64,000 bases of DNA from the human T2T-CHM13v2.0 reference genome, Homo sapiens: the NCBI RefSeq assembly GCF_009914755.1, contig NC_060925.1. One strand, given 5' to 3'. The position numbers were made by a program, and so were the translations under genes. Shown here one piece after another: positions 1 to 12,010 of the stretch. Position 1 is the first letter of the stretch, and the number at the start of each line of letters is the position of its first letter. The notes below the pieces were generated by a model. The model was given only the letters and a program-made list of their open reading frames with translations, had not been told where the DNA came from and ran no database searches.

Positions 1-714
1 GATGTGGATGAAGGACTAAGGAGGATTTTTCTTTCTTTTTTAAAAAATTTCTCTCTCTCTCTTTTGAATGAGAAATACTTCAGTGTGTTTAAGTGCTGAA
101 TAGAAACAATTATTAAAGAGAAAGATATTGGAAACATGAAAAATGTGCTACAGGTGCAAAGACCCCTGAAGAAGACCAGGGCTCCAAAGCAAAGTGGAGT
201 TGTCCTGTCTTTCATTGGAGAAGGGCTTCTTCCCTCTCTGTACCAGGAGAGAACAAGGAAAGAGGGGACAGGTGCAAGTAAGGGGTGTGAAGTTGAAGTA
301 GTTTCCACTTGACAGCTTTTAATCTTTCAAAAATAGTTGCTCAATAAATATTTATTGAGTTGATGAATGAATACAAGCAAATAACATGACTCTGAAATCT
401 GCACACTTCCCTCTTTTCCTCCGGAAGCATTCTATTGTCTAGAGAAGCTTGGGGATGACAGTGAAGGTGAGCAAGATTCAGAGTACTTTTAGGAAGAGGA
501 AGAAGGATGTTTCCAAATCAAACAATAAGGATACTAAAATCTTGCTCCAAATGGAAATCAGCATGGAATAGCCGCTGTGTTGGATAAGGTGAAAGCAAAA
601 TGGCTGGCTATCTGTTCTATACAGGTCTGTTCTGATCTATGCTTTAAAAAAAATCCTTTTCAATTTCTAGAAGTTTCAAGTCACAAACTTGCACTTTGAG
701 GGGACAACATGGAA

Positions 715-935
715 CTCTCACCTATTGAACCCTTACTATTTGCCAATAACTGTGGTGAGTACCTTTCATTTAATCCTCATATCAACTTCATTAAGTTAAC
801 ATTGTCTCCGTTTTAAGCTTGTGGAAACAGAGCTTCAGAGAAGGTAAATGTGACAAGGTCATTCAACCAATAAGTGGTTGAAATAGGATTCAAACCCAGC
901 TCTGCCTTCAGTTGCTCTTAACTATGATGCTATAT
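715..935 (-). mobile_element. MIR
   Basis: tttaatcctcat...gaaacagagcttcagagaagg...ggattcaaacccag, reverse complement of the MIR core. Confidence 0.7.
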
Positions 936-1100
936 TTCCATGAAATTTTAATAACTCTCATCACTACAAATACTCTTTATGACACAACTCTTGCATAAAT
1001 TGTTCCCTGACATACCATGGGCATTATTCTTGTAATATTTTCCACTCTTCAATATTCAACTTTTATATCTTTTAATGTCCTACTTAAATCTTATCTTTGT

Positions 1101-1385
1101 AAACTATCACAAGAACAAAAAACCAAACACCGCATATTCTCACTCATAGGTGGGAATTGAACAATGAAAACACATGGACACAGGAAGGGGAACATCACAC
1201 TCTGGGGACTGTTGTGGGGTGGGGGGAGGGGGGAGGGATAGCACTGGGAGATATACCTAATGCTAGATGACGAGTTAGTGGGTGCAGCGCACCAGTATGT
1301 CACATGTATACATATGTAACTAACCTGCACATTGTGCACATGTACCCTAAAACTTAAAGTATAATAATAATAATAATAATAATAA
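1101..1385 (+). mobile_element. 5'-truncated young L1 (L1PA2/L1PA3-like 3' end) with a 15-bp TSD
   Basis: L1 3'UTR with G-tract; GAG rather than ACA/ACG at the Ta diagnostic site; TSD aaatcttatctttgt at 1086-1100 and 1386-1400; (AAT)n tail. Confidence 0.93.
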
Positions 1386-2289
1386 AAATCTTATCTTTGT
1401 CCAAAACACTTAAGGACATCTCAAACCATGATGGTTTCTCTGGCTTTTGAAAACCTGCAACAATTTGCCTGTATTACCCATTTGATATATTTTATCTACA
1501 TTATAAAATTGAATTTGGGTTTATTTAACCTTTCTTTTGATTATGAGTTAATGCTACAATTCTACAAGCTTCTTAGGGGATAGGAAGTGCATTTTGTGCC
1601 TTTTTGGGGGGATGGGGTGGGCATCTTTTACAGCTTCTTCCTACTGCCTTGATTCATACATAGTATGTAGTCAGTAAATATTTGTTGCTAGATTGCCAGA
1701 CGGTCAATCTTGGCATTGATATTGGCTGACTGTCTTTGGGAGCTACCTGCAACTACTTCAGAAAGTTTCTTGTTGGAGTCAATATGAAAAATGGAGGATT
1801 TATTATTTCTACTGTGAATTTATTTTTTCTTTTTGGGTGATAAAACTGGAAATCTCAAAAAGTCTCCTGGTTTATGTGTTGGGCATAGATGAGGGAGATT
1901 CCTTTTGAAAGTGAGTGTAGAAAAGCAGACTTTTTATTTTGTGAAGGTTTTTTGAAGCTTACAAGTCCTTATATATATATTTTAAAAGTCCAGATTGCTC
2001 AAACTTGAAGTTCCCCTCCTCCTTGCTCCTCCTTCAGGGCCTTTTTCTAAACCTACTTCCCTTAAAATGACTTTTATTGATTTTCACTCAATGAGAGTTA
2101 TTCTTCAGAATGAGGATGGAAGGGTCAGAGAGAGAAATTTACCCTGTGTTACCTGTGGAATAGGTGTGCATTTGTATCCAGTCTTGCTTTATTTGTTCTG
2201 TTTCCTGTATCCAGAAACCCACACACTGGGGATCATTAGGTCCTCTGTGTCTTGGTCGGAGCTTGAGTACAGTATACTAATAGATCAAT

Positions 2290-4000
2290 TTATGTGTTCA
2301 TTCATTCAGCAAACATTTATTGAGCAGGCATGTCCTAGGCATTGGAGATACTAAGATGAATAAGACATAGTCACTGCCCTCAGTGACCTCCAGATGTACA
2401 AGAAGACACCAGCCTGAAGGCAGCTGGGGTCAGGGAACAAGGCAACTGAATATCCTCCATCAGGAAATCCTAAGAGAATAAAAAGACCAGTCTTGTAACA
2501 TAAATATAAACATCTAATCAAATTAGCCAATTAGAAAAACATTTTTAAGAAAAGGCAATCTTTTACCAATTTGTCCTATGTATCTTTTGCATTTTTTCTC
2601 CCTAATTTCTTTGTCTCCAGTCTTACTCGTCTCCAGTCTACATTTAAAATTGCCTCCAATTTTATTTTTCTAAACCCTGATCTGATCATGTCATTCCTGT
2701 TTTGAGAATTTTCACTCATTCATTCTGCACTTTTTATCAATCACCTACTGGATGTTTCCAGTGAGTGTGAAGTGTTTGGGATGCAGTGGTACGCAAGCAG
2801 GCCCTACCTTCAAGAAGCTTTAGAATCTAGACCAGGTAGTACTTTCTGAATCTTGTCCTTTTATCTAAATCAGTTGAGTCCGACAGACACCAGTATCTGT
2901 TGTGCTAAGTACCACGCAAAACAACTAAGACAGAATTCTGCTTTAAGCAGATCAGAGTCTATTAGAGGAATCTGAAAACAATCGATAATTCCAGTACAAT
3001 GTGATAAATGAATAGATGCATGCATAGACTGCTATGATAATCAGATTTGAGGAGAAGAGAGGCTGGTGGGCAGGGTGGCTTCCTGGAAGAGTCCATCCCA
3101 AACAAAGTCTTGAAGTATAAATAGGAGTTGGCTAGACACTGGGAGTGTCCAGTTAGTTCCTTAATGTGACAAACAAGATCTTTCACAGTCCATTAATCTA
3201 TTTTTCCAGTCTCCCCTTATATCTTCTACATCTTTTTTTTCAGCTCCCAGCCCAATTTCTGAATGTTTTTCAAATTAGGAATGAATGCCCCTGGTTTATT
3301 TAGTGTTGTGCTTTGGATGTGAGAAAGCACCAAATAAATGTGGTGCATCTTTCTGGAGCATCAGTTCTATCAAATGATAAGTAATTTAAAACATGGTTTT
3401 ATATTAAAGCTTAATATATTTGTGGAATTGAAGGCAAAATTTTCATTCATTTTTCAAGATAAAACAGGATACATAAATTTCAAGCTAGTGGCAAGCCATT
3501 TTAGGCTTGCCCTTAGACATCACCACCTGCACCACCTCTTTCTTGAGGAAAAATTTGAGATGTACTATCGGAATGTGGCAGGAAATTTCATGTGCCTTTG
3601 CATACGCTATTTGCTCATCCTGGAGTGCTCTTCCTATTTTTCTCCCTTGATAAACTACTTATCCTTCAAAGCCCAACTTAAGTGTCATTCCATATAACAG
3701 TCATTTTTAACGAAGCTTAAATGTCATCCCATATGATAGTTATTTTTTAAAACACCCACTTCTGTCTCTGCCTCCTTTCCTAATAGCTCCAGGCAGACTC
3801 AGCACCTCCTTCTTTTGTGTTTCTACCACCCTATACTCAGAATATCCATTATAGCACTGCTTTCATTGTGCCATATGTATTTGCTTTCCAATCCATCTCT
3901 GCTGTTGGACTATAAACCTCTCTAGGGCAGGCACTATTATTTATCTTTCTATTCTTAGTGACTGGCACTTGGTAGACACTCAATAAATGTTTGTTGAATT
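2290..4000. mobile_element. Cluster of L2 fragments in both orientations
   Basis: L2 3'-end motifs ttcattcattcagcaaacatttattgag (~2298) and ctcaataaatgtttgttgaat (~3979). Confidence 0.65.
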
Positions 4001-4439
4001 TGTGGACCATTCCTTACTCTGCATCACCTCTGTTCTTATATAAAGTGATATCTCCTTTACTTCTCATCTTCAGGGAATGATGTGTTACACAAAAGTATAT
4101 TTTCCAGACAACTGAAATTTACTTCTTAAAGTATCAAAATCTTCTGTTTAAATCATTTTGGTAGGAATTTATTTTTCTATATTTTCACACGTGTGCTTAC
4201 TCTCATAAGTAAAATATACTAAGTGTAATGTGTTCCTTGATGACCTATCCCCAAAAGTATCAGGATATGTTTGGTTGGAATTCATGACATCCGCTGGGAG
4301 CACTGATGGGATAGGGCTTTTTGCCTTCACACCAAATAACCCTATTTTGTTGTAGTTTTTGAGTTATGGTGCTTGCTTCTTATAGTTCGGTCACCATTTC
4401 TCATTGTCAGTGTTCTTGCTCTAACAACACTACCCTTTG

Positions 4440-4790
4440 CTCTTTTTATATACGTTTTAACGGATATTAAAATTACAAAACTAATATATGTTCACTGAAA
4501 ACAAACAGAAGTCTATGGAGTAAAAAGTCAAAGTCCTCCCTTCATTCCTGTCTAACCCCCCACCCTGTCACGTCCACACTTTCACTCCCTAGCCATAACC
4601 ATTGTTAACGGTTTAATGTATCCCTACAGGCCTTTTTCTGTCAATGTGTGTGTACACGTATACGGACAAATATCAAATCATATTGTACATACTGTTGTAT
4701 GACTTGCTTTTCTCACTCGACAGTATATAATAGGTATCCTTCTATGTCAATACATCCTAGTCTATATCATTCTTTTTAATGGCTGCCCCC
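4440..4790 (-). mobile_element. Old L1 (L1ME-like) 3' fragment
   Basis: ataaccattgttaac, gacttgcttttctcactc and tcattctttttaatggctgc motifs. Confidence 0.55.
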
Positions 4791-5419
4791 TTTTAATTTG
4801 ACAATCTTAATCAGCTGTGAATGGGAAAGCCAAATAATCAAGCTTATTAGAATTGTACCTAAGAAAGAATAAATCGGCTCTGAATGAAGGCTTGTGTAAT
4901 TCTCCTAGGAGGGAAATGTGTTAACTTTAGTGCATGGACTTTGTAATGTTTATTTTGGCTATTCTGGGACCCTTTTTGCTTATTTCCTGCTTCATTGTGT
5001 TTTGGATAGCTGAGGTTGCTGGACATATGACCTGTGAATTAGTGAGGTATTACATATTCAATTTTGCATTACATAATTTTGCTCTGATTTTATGAGGGAT
5101 TTGCATTTAATTTATTCGTTTAGATTGCTGTTATAGACAGTGATTAATTCTAGTTTCTGAGTACTTGCATCGTAGTGAGGACCACTGCATGTGGTAACAG
5201 CTAAAAATATTTGGCTTGATGATTGAACAGGCCTTCTTATCTGTATCATCTATCTGTGAGAATGTGCACTGGATCTACGGGAACTCTCTAAGTTAGTCTG
5301 AGGGAGCCTTTTACTACTGATAAACATTAAAGTACTGACAACATCTTTTGCTATAAATAATAAAATCTTATTTAGGATTTATATAGAGTCTTCCTTCTGC
5401 CTTCATCCACCATACTAAA

Positions 5420-6270
5420 ATGGCTAAATCCTGTTGATTCTACCTTTTAGATCTCACTGTAATGTGTCCCCTCCTCTCCACTCACTCTGCCCCAGTACCT
5501 TGGTTCAGGCCCTACTTCATCTCAACTGAATTACTTGAGATAGACTTTTTGATTGGCCTCCCTGCCTCTTGTCTAACCTCCACCTTGTCCACCCAGGAAC
5601 TAGTGCTTGTTTTAAAACAGAAATCCTACCCTGTCACACCCCTAAAACCCTCTAGGGGTTTCTCATCATCTGTAGGATAACATCCACTTTCCTTAGCTTA
5701 GTATACAAAGCCTTTTGTGATTTGGCCCACTTCTCCTGCCTATCTCTTGCTGCTCAATGTTTCATATTTCAATTTTGAGGGAAATCAGTGGCTTATAATT
5801 CCTTTAACACACCAGGCAAGAGAGTTCTCGATAAATGCTTGTTAAATGAATGAATGAAATACCTTATGTAGCTAGGGTGACCATTCAATCTGCTTGGCCC
5901 AGGATGGCCCTTGTTGACATTTGTCATCCCAGTGTAATTATTAAAAGTGTCCCTTTTTTTATCATCAAACTTGTCTCAGTTAGATCAATAAATTCTAAGG
6001 TCATCCTTATTACAGTGGTTATCAAATTGATTTCTAACTCTTTCTTTGTCTCCTCTACTAGATGGTGAGCTCTTTGAGGACAGGAGTTCATTTTTATATC
6101 CTCGTTTATTCATTCAACTAAGAGACTGATGCTGTAAGGTGCTTAGGGTATGATGTAGAATGCAACAAACATGGTTCTTGACTTCATGAAGTTTACAATC
6201 CAGCAGGAAATAATAATTTAGTGGAAAGAATAGAGCCTAACATAATAAATGCTGGTGTATGAATGAATGA
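5420..6270. mobile_element. L2 fragments
   Basis: aaatcctgttgattctacc...; ataaatgcttgttaaatgaatgaatgaa; tttattcattcaac. Confidence 0.6.
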
Positions 6271-6298
6271 TTAAACATGGATTAGAAGTTCCTCAACA

Positions 6299-6594
6299 GG
6301 CCAGGCGTGGTGGCTCACCCCTGTAATCCCAGCACTTTGGGAGACCGAGACAAGCGGATCACTTGGGGTCAGGAGTTTGAGACCAGCCTGGCCAACATGG
6401 TGAAACCGTATTTCTACTAAAAATTATTTGGGCATGGAGGGGCATGCCTGTAATCCCAGCTACTTGGGAGGCTGAGGTAGGAGAATCGCTTGAACTCGGG
6501 GCGGAGGTTGCAGTAAGCCAAGATCACACCACTGCACTCCAGCCTGGGCGAGAGAGTGAGATTCCATGTCAAAAAAAATAAATAAATAAAAATA
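6299..6594 (+). mobile_element. AluS, full length
   Basis: Dimeric Alu; TSD aagttcctcaaca at 6286-6298 and 6595-6607. Confidence 0.95.
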
Positions 6595-6944
6595 AAGTTC
6601 CTCAACAAATAATCCTGATATCACGAATTATAGAAATAGTTGTAAATGTAGAACTCTAAGTGATCAAATTAACAATTTATTTAGAGTTGCCAATTAAAAT
6701 TTTAAAATACCAACAGCACACATATACATAAACATACTTAATATTTAGATGCTACCTTAATGTTAAACATAAGTAAAAAGGACAATGAAATAATAGCAAG
6801 AATGAGATTTTGAGTCTCATTCTTTTTAGACAATTTATAATCCTATGTGGTTCTCTGTAAAGTGGATTATCAGTGTGTACTCCATTTCTCCCCACCCTCC
6901 CTTTTTTTTTTCCAGATGAGAAATCTGAGGTTTTAGACACTTAA

Positions 6945-7248
<304 letters not shown>

Positions 7249-7359
7249 AGGAATGACTTCTTAAACCAGGATTTGATTTTGGTTGAACTTTGCTTTCAGA
7301 ACTAGAACTACCTGCTATCCAAGACTTGTTAACCACGTTTTCATGGGCAAATTACAAAA

Positions 7360-7500
7360 CCCTTTCAACCCCAGTTTCCTCTTCTATAAACTAGTGGTAA
7401 TATTATTATCTCCAGAATTAATCTTAGGAGTAAATGAAATTATGTAAAGGCATTTAGTCTCATAACCGGGCTCCTAGAAAGCACTCAGGAATGTTAGTTC
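7360..7500 (+). mobile_element. MIR fragment
   Basis: cagtttcctcttctataaa...aaatgaaattatgtaaaggcatttag. Confidence 0.55.
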
Positions 7501-8108
7501 TCTATCCATTTCCCCTGTTTATCTTTGTGTTTGATGAATTATAGGATGATATGAAATGATCTGAAATGAACTGTAATATAAACATCAATAAAACACCAAT
7601 AAAAAATTTTATTCTCACATCTGGATGCTATACTAGGCCTTCACCTCCTCCAAAAGTTACAGTTTTATTAATATTCATTTATTATTTATTATTATAGTCA
7701 AAGACCCAGAGAAGCATTCCAGGAACAAAGCAGCAGGTAAGATTTTTCTGGGAAAAGACAGAGATTTTGAGGGACCCAGGATTTGGGGGTCATTTAAGCA
7801 GCAGTGGATGTCAGTCTTCAAGCTTTGCCCATTTACTCTTGGTCCCTTTTGGTTCAGGAAAGGAAGAACAACAAGCACGAAACCATTCACTGAGACCTTT
7901 GCGGGTGGGGGAGGAGGGATGTAAACAAAAGCCAACGCTCTCTTTAGTTCACAATGGCTCGCGACCCCAAGACTTCCAAGCTCTTTGGTGAGGGCCAGCA
8001 GGTCTGTTCTCCAGGAGTGCCCTGGGTCTGGACTTCATTTCCCAGAGTCCCTTAGTGCCCTAATGTATTCAGTGCTCAGAGTGCCTGTATGTGTGTGAGT
8101 GTGAGAGA

Positions 8109-8146
8109 ATGTGTGCGTGCGTGTGTGTGTGCGCGCGTGTGTGTGT
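8109..8146. repeat. Alternating purine-pyrimidine (TG/CG)n tract near the TSS
   Basis: atgtgtgcgtgcgtgtgtgtgtgcgcgcgtgtgtgtgt. Confidence 0.9.
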
Positions 8147-11100
8147 CTCCGAGTCCCTGGGAGAGTGGAGGCTCATTCACTGATTAGATCCAGCGCTGAG
8201 AGGCAGCACTGCTCCTTCTCTCACGCCAACTGAGTCTCTTGATCTGTACATGCAATCCCAGGCAGCTCGCGAACACAAACCCGGGGCCAGCCGCCTACTG
8301 CTGCTGCTGCTGCTGCTGCTGCCGCTGCCGCCGCCGCCGCCGCCGCTGCCTCCGCCGGCTCTGCGAACCCGGGACTTTTCATGCACCACACTCTCCGCCT
8401 GCTTCCCTCCGTGTCCTGAAAAGTGCGACCGTTCTCCCAAGGAATTTCCACGGCAAGTATGGAGATCAGAAAGGGGTGTGGACGTGTGTGCGTACCCAAG
8501 AGGGGTGGGTGCGAGGGCGGCCGGCTTGTTCAGGAACCTGGCTAACTTTCCGGGTCCGTTTCCTAGGGATTCGGGCGGTTCCCTCTGGACGGGGGCAGGG
8601 ACTGGGACTCGGACTGGCGCGTCTTGGATCATCGCGACGGAGCCTCTCGGCATCGGCGCCCTGCGCGCTCCGTGCGCTGCCTCGCTCAAACTTTCCGTCT
8701 TGAGTTTTCCTTAATGTGTTTTATTTGGGGAGGGGGGGAGGTGCAAGGGGGAGGGACCAGACGCGGGAATTGGACAAGTTGGGAGGGTGAGGGCACTGCA
8801 AGGGAAGGGAGCAGGACTTCTTTTCTCCGTCTCTTAATAAGCCCCATTCCCACTTTGTTCGGGTCGATATCGAGAATGCCTTCTCGCCGGGCTCTCTGGT
8901 GCACCCCCCGGTGATTTCCGGGCTCCCCTATGTACCCCGCGTTGATTTCCGGCGAGGCCAGGGCTGGGTGGTACTCAGTGGGGAGCCCGAGGCGGCGGGC
9001 GGATGGAGAAGGGGCGAGCCGAATGAGAAACTACCCCGACAGCCTCCACCCCACACACAGCCGGCTCCGCGGGATACCCGGGGAGTGGCTGTTTAGCCCT
9101 GGACCCCGGGTGCTCGGCTGACTTTTTCCTAGCGGGGGCGGGTGTGAAGGGTGTGGAGGGAGGGAGGTGGGGTAGGATGGATGGATCCTCTGCGGGCAGG
9201 AAGGAGGCAGGTGCTAGCATAGAGGCGGACCGTTCTAAACGCCACCGGTAAACTCCCCACTCCTCTGGGCTGGACCGGCCTGGCCGTAGAGTAGCCCGAC
9301 ACGTGGGATCTCCCGGGATTTTCGGGGTCGGGACCCCCTCTCCCAGCGGTTCTACTGAGCAAGGCGGGAGGACGATCGTGGAGACGAGGGCTACTTGACT
9401 ACTCTACTTGTAGTTTTATTTTTATCTTAGACCTGCCTTAAACTGAGTAACAATTTCTCTTCTGACTTAAGAACAAAACTTTTCAGTGAGCACGCCGGTC
9501 GCTGCGGTCCTGCGGCCACTGCCGCCGCGCTTGTCAGCCCGGGCCGAGCGACCTTCTCTGCCCGGAACCCAGCCCCGCCACCGCACTCCGGAGCCTCCGG
9601 CCTCCCCCACCCCACCCCCGCCCCCCAACCCGGGGCTTTTCAGGGCTCGGCCTGGGCGTTTCGCCTTTGTGCTTTGTAAGAGAAAGCCTTTTCTTCCAGG
9701 GCACAACAAACTTGGGCGGAGAGCTTCCGTGTGGCCCCCCGGGCGAGGCCGCCCACGGTGGTGAGGCCATCCGAGGGGATGCCCGGTTCATCCCCCAGTC
9801 CAGGAGCCTCTCCGAGAGCTCGCGGCCCAGGTCGACCCCAGCTGGCGAGGGCGCGCAGGAGTCCCGAAGTAGCGGGGACTAGGGCAGCCAGGAGGCAGGG
9901 GGAAAGCTCTCGCTTCCCGTTAAGCACACCCTGCATTCTCGGGTCGTGGATGCAGCTCCAGCGGAGAGCCCGTGTTCCGGCCCTGAGCCAGGCGCGCGTC
10001 GCACTGGGTGGGTGCATGGGGCCCGGGCCATAGGTGTGGGGGCACAGCCCTACCTGGCCGGCCCGGGTCGTCTGGGGTCTGCGCCGGCCCACTGGCCCGG
10101 GAGCCGCCGAGGGGGAGAGCACCGCACTCGCTGCCCACGACGCCCAGCAGCCACATCTTGCCTCTCGCCTCCGCTCCGGACTCGGCTTGAGGGGCAAAGG
10201 GGAGAGAAAGGAAAAATAAAGAAAAAAAAGGGCGGCAGTGAGGAAGCAGCGAGGGGACTGGGGGGAGCAGAGTGGGCAGGGGGGCTTTGCCTTGCCTGGC
10301 CTCCTCTTTCCGTCTCGCGGGCTCTTCCTGCAAAGGGGAATGAGCAGAGGGGGGAAAGGCAGAAAGAGCGTCGAGGAAGAGCGGTGCTGGCGTCTTCCGT
10401 GCCGATCCCTCCTGGCCCGCAGAGACCCGGCAAAAGTGGCGTGAGTTCGCTTGCTGCGCTTCGAGGCAAGGCTGGGGAAGGCCGAGGACGGGGCGGCGCC
10501 GCGTCGCGCCGCTGGTGGCCGACAGGGCCGGGGCCGGGCGCGGAGCGAGCGGGGACACACACCTGTTCTGCGAGCCGCGCGGTGTGCGGCGGCCGGACGG
10601 CCGCGGTGCGGGCCGCAGAACCCTCCCTCCCGCACTGCGCATCCGCAGTCCAGGAGCTGGAAGGGCCCGGCAGCCCCGCGCCGGTCCGTATTTGCAGGAG
10701 AAGCGGGAGTGGAGGAGTCCGCGGCTGCCCGCTGAAGCGGTGGTGCGCGCGGCGGCGGGACCCGGGTGACCCCCGGGGCGGGGCTGCTCGGGGGCTGGAG
10801 GTCCTTGGACTTTGGTCGAAGGCTGGCAGCTCTGAGCCCCTGCCCCGCGGGCCCCGCGCGGCTGCGGACCAGGGGCCCTTGCACGTGTCGGTTCTTCCTG
10901 GACTGGCGCTTTGGTTGCCCAAAGTTGGGCGCAGATTGTTTCGTGCGGAGGTTGTTGGGACCCAGAGTATTCTATATACAAAGGCAACCGAGAGCCGGAG
11001 GGAGAGGTCGGGCCAAAGAGTAGTGGGCTCGGCTCCGCGTTGGGCCCAAGTTTATGTAGGTTTCGCCTTCACCTCTTCTTCCCCCGTTTTCCCTAAAAGA

Positions 11101-12010
11101 GTTGATTTTTTTTCCCAGTCGAGACTCTTCCGAGCTGAATAATGCACCCGCTCGCTGAGCCAGTATCCCGCGACCCCGCACTCTCGGACTGGCCCGGGCT
11201 GTCTCGGATTCGCACCCTTTGGCCAAGCTGGGCCTGAACCCGGGTCCAAATCTGGGACCATACCCGGCCATGCCTGAAACACAGGCGTCGGCCCTAGCCC
11301 GGGAACTGTGTTAGCCTTATGTTCCCTGAGCTCTCGCATATGGTGGTAAAATTTCTGTTAGAGCGGTGTTTCCAAATACCCCCTGGGCATTTGGTGTGCG
11401 GGAATTCTCTTCAAGCGAAGAAGTCTGTGAACTTAAAAAAAAAATTTTTTTCCTGCGTTCTTAACAACCCCCCACTACTCTGCCTCATTTCCCATTGTTC
11501 TTTGCTTTTTAAGTTCCTTGTTAATTTTTTTAAAAGTTTATTTATGCAAAGGAAAAATATCGTTTAATTTGTTCTATTATTTTAATTCCTGGCTTTTGGA
11601 AACGGTTCAGAGACCACAAAACTGTCACCTGTTGTAATAAGCAGAGGAGTGTTGTGTGTGCATTTTAATTGCCAGCAGAGCCGTAGTTTGGTGGGCGCCC
11701 TGAGCTCGGCTCCGGGAAAGAGCCCTTTGCAGCTTTCTTTGTGGCAGTCATTTGCAAAGGGGTTTGGCTCTCAGCTACGGCGGAGGCAGAGGGGGCAGCA
11801 GCACCGCTTCCTTCTATGCCGATCCCGGGCGCAGGTCAGGAAGCCCAGACCTTGGACTGGGATGGGAGATTACCTACTCTCTGAGACTTTCTCTTGGGCT
11901 TTCGGTTTTTCTGTGCGAAAGTGGCTAGTTCGCTCCGCAGAGCGCGGAGCGCTGCGCATCAGCCCAGCCTCAGACATTTTCACGTTCCAAACGCGGACGT
12001 CTTCGTTTCA
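8110..12010. promoter_or_regulatory. Promoter CpG island of RNF220, extending into intron 1
   Basis: Very high GC and CpG density at ~8110-11350 and ~11690-12010; no interspersed repeats seen. Confidence 0.9.
8295..8357 (+). repeat. Compound trinucleotide repeat CTA(CTG)8 CCG CTG (CCG)6 CTG CCT (CCG)2 in the 5'UTR
   Basis: Read directly. Confidence 0.95.

Larger units (their letters stand above)
8100..8456 (+). other. RNF220: RNF220 non-coding exon 1 (start approximate)
   Basis: At the 5' edge of the CpG island; ends in overlapping donor motifs ACG|GCAAGT (8452) and CAA|GTATGG (8456), followed by G-run-rich intron. Confidence 0.7.

Noticed and set aside
1091-1339. 82-aa minus-strand ORF
   Set aside because: Antisense reading of the L1 3'UTR
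8221-8499. Antisense poly-Ala ORF
   Set aside because: Non-ATG start and a product of the trinucleotide repeat; no sign of a gene
10971-10984. TATA-like tctatatacaaagg in the CpG island
   Set aside because: Imperfect TATA with no convincing downstream donor
9640-11142. Long ORFs of 290-414 aa on both strands
   Set aside because: They overlap in several frames within a very GC-rich CpG island, are Arg/Pro/Gly/Ala-rich and show no recognisable domain; stop-codon scarcity explains them
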